A stretch of 64,000 nt of DNA from Eledone cirrhosa (lineage: Eukaryota): NCBI GenBank assembly GCA_964016885.1, contig OZ024746.1, positions 84,134,001 through 84,198,000 of the forward strand, in the 5' to 3' direction. Both the position numbers and the translations under genes were made by a program. Positions 56,902 to 64,000 of this stretch are shown here, one piece after another. The first letter of the stretch is position 1, and every line of letters starts with the position of its first letter. The notes below the pieces were generated by a model. It did no database searches. It saw only the letters and a program-made list of their open reading frames with translations, and had not been told where the DNA came from.

Positions 56902-57540
56902 GGTAAACAGAAATAACAACACAATAGGTACAGTATATGGAAGGTATATATTAGGTTAACGCTACCTTCCATATACTGTACCGATTGTGTTGTTATTTCT
57001 GTTTACCTTTTACATACATATACAGTATATATATATCAACGCTCACGTGGACCTCTCAAAATTCGTTGGATTTTTTTTATTGGACTTTCACCTCGAAACT
57101 GGATACCAACCCGGAGTACACCTGAACTTCCACCAGGAAATCTTTCGTATCTTTAAAATTTTCTTTGCTTCTTATATATATATATATATATATACACACT
57201 CACACACATACAGGGAGAACACACACACACTGTTGTTAATCATGATAAAATAATAAAGAATGAAGATTAGATAAGCTCTGAAACATATATAAATGTCTAT
57301 AATTAAAGTATATGTAAATGATATTTAAACGTACAGAAAGTTTTAATGGTGGAAAACATCAATGTACACAGTGCCGATGGCCTTTTTTCAACTTTGTGTC
57401 TATATATGACTAAACCTTCAACACTTTGTGCAGTTCTTTGTAAATAGATCAGTATGGAGAATTTCATTCAATAATTTTCATTGATATTTAGTGACTATTT
57501 GTGAAAGCCAATGAAACTGAAAGCTGTAATTACGTACGTA

Positions 57541-57888
57541 TGAATGGCAGCGGTAAATGTGAATGGCAGCAGTAAATGTGAATAGCAGCGGTACATGTGA
57601 ATGGCAGCAGTACATGTGAATGACAGCGGTACATGTGAATGGCAGCGGTACATGTGAATGACAGCGGTACATGTGAATGGCAGCGGTACATGTGAATGGC
57701 AGCGGTGAGTGTGAATGGCAGCGGTGTGTTTGAATGGCAGCGATGTGTGTGAATGGCAGCGGTATGTGTGAATGGCAGCGGTGTGTGTGAATGGCAGCGG
57801 TATGTGTGAATGGCAGCGGTGTGTGTGAATGGCAGCGGTGTGTGTGAATGGCAGCGGTGTGTGTGAATGGCAGCGGTGTGTGTGAATG
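57541..57888. repeat. 19-bp minisatellite, about 18 copies
   Basis: Head-to-tail unit TGAATGGCAGCGGT(AAA/ACA/GTG)TG. Confidence 0.95.
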
Positions 57889-59522
57889 GAAGAACGTTCG
57901 AGTTTAATTCTTGGCACATATCGTTCGCATTCTACGGTGGATTCGCAGTATCGGTAGAGAGTCGAACACCATGCTTTGCAGCATTGAGTTACGGTCCTTT
58001 ACGGTCTGAGTTCAAATCCCGCCGAAGTTAACTTTGCCTTTCATCCTTACGGGGTCGATAAAATAAAGCACCAGTAACATACTGGGGTCGATTTAATCGA
58101 CTTTCCCCTTCCCCCAAATTTCTGGCCTTGTGCTTATACGAGAAATCATTCTATAAAATTGTCGCCTCTGATTATGCGTTTATGTAACCCCAACCGTGGT
58201 CCATTAACAGAGTAATATACAGGAAAAGAAACTCCACAAAGGGCTATAATGATTCTGCCACCCAACACCTTATAAATTCATATATAAGGTAAATACGAAG
58301 AGACACCATTTCAAGAATTAGAATGTTTACAAAACATGGATTAATGGAGGAGTGTAAGATAAAAGCCCCTTGAACAAAACCATTCCGACATAGGACATAA
58401 CTCACTCGGATGAAACTCGCCAGGGACAAATCCAATTTAGAACTACCATACCTCCAGGACAAAACACGCCACGGATAGATCCCCATGTTTATAATGAAGA
58501 GTAGAACACAATCCCAGTGGAAAAAAAATTAAATGCGTAATACTTCAAATTTTCGAAAAGAAAAATCATTAAAAAATTCGGTAATTAGTTTAATATTTTA
58601 ATTTAGTTGTTTTGTAGCCATGAAATGAAATCTTTCAACTACTCAGAATGTTCGTTAGTAGTGATTACTAACGTAACGTAATCTGATTACGTTATCTAGA
58701 TTTCGTAATCAGCAGTGGACATTGTACGTCTACAATAAGGAAGGTATTATAAGCATTGTATTGTAGTATACATTAATACTTTATAGCTCACTATTTTAGA
58801 GAACTAAACTAAATCAGTTACGCAATCATAAAATGGTAGGAGGTGAATGCTTTGCAGTATTCGTTCCGGTTCTCTGCGCTCTGATTGCCTATTTATTAAC
58901 GTATTGCTATGCTTAAAGGCAGCAAATTGGCAGTCTTCAGAACATCGGATAAAATGCTTTGCAGTATTTGCTAGGCTCTCTTCGTTCTGATTTCAAGTTT
59001 CAGCGATGTTAACTTTGTTTTTCATCCTTTCGGAGTCGATAAAATAGTACCAGTCAAGGTTTGGGTTCCATTCTTTCTCTGTCTCTTTCTCACTTTCTCT
59101 CAACCACTGTCTCTTCTTCTCTGGAAGAAATCGGCTGTGTTCAGACGAGGAGAAGGATGGGCTCTGCTAGGTTTAAAATTCCTGAGAGTTACTGTATATC
59201 ACGACGGCACTTCTACAACCCCATTAGAAGTTATGGGCACAATGCATATTTGAGATACATTTGAGATCTACGTATCTACAGTACTGTTTAGGAAAATATT
59301 TTTTTGCAACATCTCGCCATTTACTGTTAGAGGTGGACTAGAACGGCGTCTTAGACGCACATTGGGACTGTGTGAGAGTAGTTGATAGAAGTCGGGAGTA
59401 CAAAAGACTTCAGTTACTGCTCCAATTTAATAGTTTTATGACTTTGGTCAGTGTGTATACTCCAACACTTGTAAGACCCCCAAAAGAAATAGATACATTT
59501 TTACGCGGATCCAAGCATAATC

Positions 59523-59876
59523 TTGAAAAGTGTAAATAGAAATGTTTATATCACACTGATACGTGATATTCTTCACGCAGACGACTGTGATCTTGTTAGC
59601 CACACAGAAGAAGACCTTCAACTCCTGATGAATTGCTTCTCGGCAGCATGTGATGAGTTTGGGCTGACAATCAGCCTGAAAAAGACAGTGTTGATATACC
59701 AACATGCACTCGGAAAGCCATATATATATGTCAAAGAAAAAATACTGAGGGTTGTGGATAAGTTTGTCTACATGGGTCGTATTCTCTCCAACAGCAACAC
59801 CCTTAATGAAAAGGCAAGACACCGGCTGCGTAAAGCTTCCAATGCTTTTGGTGCGTGTGTGTATTGTTTCCTTTAA
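59523..59876 (+). pseudogene. RTE-clade LINE reverse transcriptase fragment
   Basis: IRDILHADDCDL..HTEEDLQLLMNCFSAACDEFGLTISLKKT..VVDKFVYMG..RLRKASNAFG (BovB/RTE-like). Confidence 0.88.
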
Positions 59877-61630
59877 CAAATTTTGCTTACACGAGACTAT
59901 CGTAGAAGATACCTGCCCAAAGTACCATGCAACGGGATCGAACATAGGACTATGTAGTTTCCAACCGAACAACTTTACGATACATCTTTGCTAATGCCCA
60001 CACACTGCATGGCATTAAATACCCGATGGTTGTTTTAATAACTTATTGGATCATATCAATAACGGGCAGCGTTATCTACTTCCTCTGTATCCATTCTTCA
60101 GTTCATATATATCGATTTTCAGCTATCAATATTTCTGTATCCGTTTCCCGTGCTATTTATTCTTCGCGTGATTTACATTGTGTATTCTTCAGACAATGAT
60201 ATCCTTGTAATAATGATTTTTTTAGTATATATATATAATTGGTTGGATTGAGGTACATAGTCGATCAAATCAGATTTGGTATACACCTGGTACCAACGAT
60301 ATTGAAAGGATAAAATGCAAAAAAGTTCCAGCCGTGACCATCCTGTTTTTTTTTCTAAATCTACGATTACATTACCTAATGGGCTGTCCGTTCTTTTTCT
60401 TATTACGATAATGTAAATGATTCCTTGGTTTCCTAAGAATGTCGCTTGACTTGCTAAAAATATTTCACCCGACTAGAATTGATCTGGGAAGATGGAACAA
60501 TAGACACTGATAGACACATAGCCCAATGCCCATAATTTTTCAGGTAAACTTACATGCCAGAAATGATATTACACTCGATATGGTGAGGATTTTGTCCTTC
60601 ACAGAACCTGCTCACTCGACAAACCTGTTTTCAGATCCGGGTTATTCATCTACGTCTGAATCCTTTTTGTACAGGAATAATTCTATAGTTTTGTTTCTAT
60701 GCTTTTTCTAAGATAGGCATATAAGTCGAAACACATTTCCTATTCAGATGTGGCTAATTCAATAACATTGCCAGGGATAGACAGTTGATATTATCGTTGT
60801 CATTGTGATTGCTGTTGAGCTTCAGGTCAGCCCTGATTTAGTTGAGCTATAATCAAATATTTTCCAACAGTAACTATCCTGTTTGTTTGTTTTTCTAGAC
60901 AGCGTGCATGATTTAATATGTTCTTTGCCTGTTTTCAAATATTTTGAGATTTGATGAAAACTGAGCAATCGCGCAGGTGTTCACATTTTGGCTCTTCCTG
61001 GGAAAAGTTCTTGTTGCTGTTATTGTTTAGCCCCAGGTCAGCCCTGATCAAGCAGGCCTATGATGAAAGGATTTGCAGCCATGACCATCCTATTTTTAAA
61101 AATAAGTATTTGGTGTTATTTCCTTTCCTTATTTAAGATGGTAGGGTGTGATTTGACAGTCGTTAGTGAATCAGAACGTTTTCAGTGTTTGTTCCAACCC
61201 TTTGTGCTCTTTGGAAGTGAGTCCGGCCAAGTGGTTAAGAAGTGCGCTTCGCAAACATGATGTTACGTGTTCGATCCTTATGTCGACCCAAACATTGTGA
61301 GTGTATTCAGATAGAGAGAAACTGTGTGGAAGCTCATCAAATGGATTGTACCTGTAATTCAAAGATCCACTCAGGCTACACATTATGTCACACTGAATCA
61401 GCCAGAGAATTACATTAACAGTTCATGCATCGTTAGGAATACTCAGCCACTTCAATTTAAAGAGAAGGTTGATCAAGCAACTGAATGTTCATCTTCGAAG
61501 TCAACGGAGGATCCATCCATCCATGCTCCTCCTCCTCCTCCTCATCATCATCATCATCATCATCACCGTTATCATCATCATCATCATCATCATCATCGTC
61601 GTCATCATCATCATCATCATCATCATCATT

Positions 61631-61662
<32 letters not shown>

Positions 61663-62862
61663 CATGAATGGATTCGGTCAATAATGCCAGTCCTACAATT
61701 TGAGGCTTTGTTATCAATGCGAGAAAGTCAGCAGCAGCAGCAGCAGCAGCAGCAGTAGCAGTAGCAGTAGTAGTAGTAGTAGCAATAGTAGCAGTAGCAG
61801 TAGTAGTAGTAGTAGCAGCAACAGCAGCAGTAAATATTTTCCGTGTTCTGAATAGTCAGTGTTGTGTATCTCTAGAGATTACAGATGTTTTTTTTTTGTT
61901 TGTTTTTTTCATGATTTGTTTTTTTAAAAGAATATTTCAGTAAATACCTGCAGCAGACTTAAATTACATGTGTTATGTGCCAGTATAGTTACATTAGCGT
62001 TGCCTGGTTTATAACAACACATGTACATTTATGGAGAAAACCGGTTTCCATACTTAGTAACAATATCCAGTTGGCCCATCTTCCTTTCGTTTAATTATTT
62101 ACACATTTAGCATATATCGTTGCTGATATTTTTACACCTTTCTTTTAATTCCCATTTTTTTTTTTGTTCATTTGTTGGAGGATTTTGTAGGCTTTTTTAT
62201 TTCTGAATTCAATGCCTTATAGTGGTCTAATAAAAAGATCAATAGTCCACCTACTGGAACACAACATCCATGGATTTTGCTCCAACAACCTGCTACTTTC
62301 ACGCCAACCACAAATTGTATTCCTACTCGATCATTAAATTTCCCACCTTCTATATCTAACTCGTCTCCGTTCTATATACTTATGTAGTCTAGAAGCAACA
62401 ATATCCACTCTTGGCCGGGATTATTTATCAACTATAATAATATGCCAAGTGTGTCGCCTCTCCCCGTCATAATCTTCAGAGTTCAAATACCGTCGAGGTT
62501 AGCTTTGCTTTTCATACTAACGGGGTCGATAAAATAAAGTGCCAGTAATGCACTGGAGTCGGTGTATTCGACTTTCCCCTCCCCACAAATTGCTGGCCAT
62601 GTGCCTTAATTAGAAATCATTGATTTATCTGAAACCAAGGAATCGCGTGATTTTTAATAAATAGCTATTGTAATATAGGCAGAAACAAGGGTGTGTGGTT
62701 AAGAATCTCTCTTGTCAACTCCGTCATCCCCATTGCGTGTCACCTAGGACATATGTCTTCTACAATAGCCTCGTCTTGATTAATGTCTTGGGAGTGGAAT
62801 TTTGAAGACGGAAACTGTGCAGATGCCTGATTCGTATATATACACGTGAGTGTGTGCGTGTA

Positions 62863-62909
<47 letters not shown>

Positions 62910-64000
62910 ATGTGTGTGTGTGTGTGGGTGCATGAGTGTGTGTCTGTATGAGTGTGTATAGATGTGTCTATGTGAATGTGTGTGTTTATGCTTACACTGA
63001 TCCCAAAACAATGTTGTATTTGTTTTGTCTTGTGTCCCTTTATTACCGTATTTTTGCAGTTTAACATTCGGCAAATAGAAATCGATAAACTAAGAACCAA
63101 ACCACGGTCGATATGATCGACTACACTGTCAAAGGTGATCCGCAACATGTCCGCATTTCAAGTATTTATTTAAGAATTCATTTAAGTACATATTGCATAC
63201 TTTCATACTTGGTATGAGATTTTAGAGAGAAGTAAGTACGTGACAAAAGCTGCTCTGCTTCTGAGAATGTCATAAAAATCTTATGGTGTGATGGAAGGCT
63301 AAAGAAAAGAAACGAACATCTCAAATCACAGACATGAGTAATTTCATTGGAGTTTAGCCCGAGTTCCTGGTTAACTATGACACCACCTACAGTTGGGTAT
63401 ACTTAGCAATGTGCCATGACATGTCAGAAATGGCATTGTATAATAACTCACCCATCTGTATAGCTAACTATATTTATAATAAAAGCAATAAAGAAATTTA
63501 TAATAAAAGCGTATATTGATTCATGCAGAATACTTTTTACATATACTAAACATACATATAGTCTCGTTGGAAGTATATTAAACTCTGATTATATCACTGC
63601 TTCCTAGATACCGGCGAAAGAGTGTTGTATACATATATTTCAGAATCTTTGTTCATTATCAGTAGGTACTTGAAAGTCTTAAAGATATGTTTCACATAGT
63701 ACAGCGAGACTATACGTATGTTTATTATATATAAACATTCTGAGTTCAAATCCCGCCGAAGTTAACTTTGCCTTTCATCCTTACGGGGTCGATAAAATAA
63801 AGTACCAGTAATACACTGGTTAATTGCTGGCCTTGTGCATAAGTAGAAACAATTATATATAAACATATTGTATACGGGTCCCTATACGCCTTTATTATGA
63901 ATTACGCTCTGCTAGCGTTATCGCTAATTAATACTAACTAATAAAGCTTTCACTATATGTAAGTAAGCTTTCGTCAACATATATTCAACACTCCTCTACT

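Noticed and set aside
57541-57888. CRISPR-like appearance of the 19-bp array
   Set aside because: Head-to-tail tandem units with no unique spacers and no cas genes, in a eukaryotic context.

Overview
AT-rich, microsatellite-saturated eukaryotic DNA. The SINE families and repeat landscape suggest a cephalopod, probably Octopus (inference). Almost all ORF-track entries are simple-repeat artefacts. Supported content: (1) a 5'-truncated Penelope-like retroelement (RT + GIY-YIG, 28177-30096) whose only interruption is an in-frame TGA at a Cys-type position, so a candidate selenocysteine-recoded Naiad-type element; (2) an intronless 391-aa ORF (44542-45717) resembling an IL-17-receptor ectodomain with a signal peptide but no TM/SEFIR domain, so a candidate secreted decoy receptor, with an LTR-like TATA fragment upstream; (3) at least five recognisable type-I hammerhead ribozyme motifs, degenerate variants, and a family of fold-back 'half-hammerhead' elements, nearly all embedded in (TA)n; (4) retroelements that appear to partition microsatellite targets: PLEs in (TA)n, R4/Dong in (TACA)n, Tx1-like in (TATC)n; (5) an internally deleted Gypsy-type LTR element with a tRNA-Trp PBS, solo LTRs, mariner, hAT, Tc1 and Helitron remnants, an RTE fragment and about 20 tRNA-derived SINEs. 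All assignments were made by eye without database searches.
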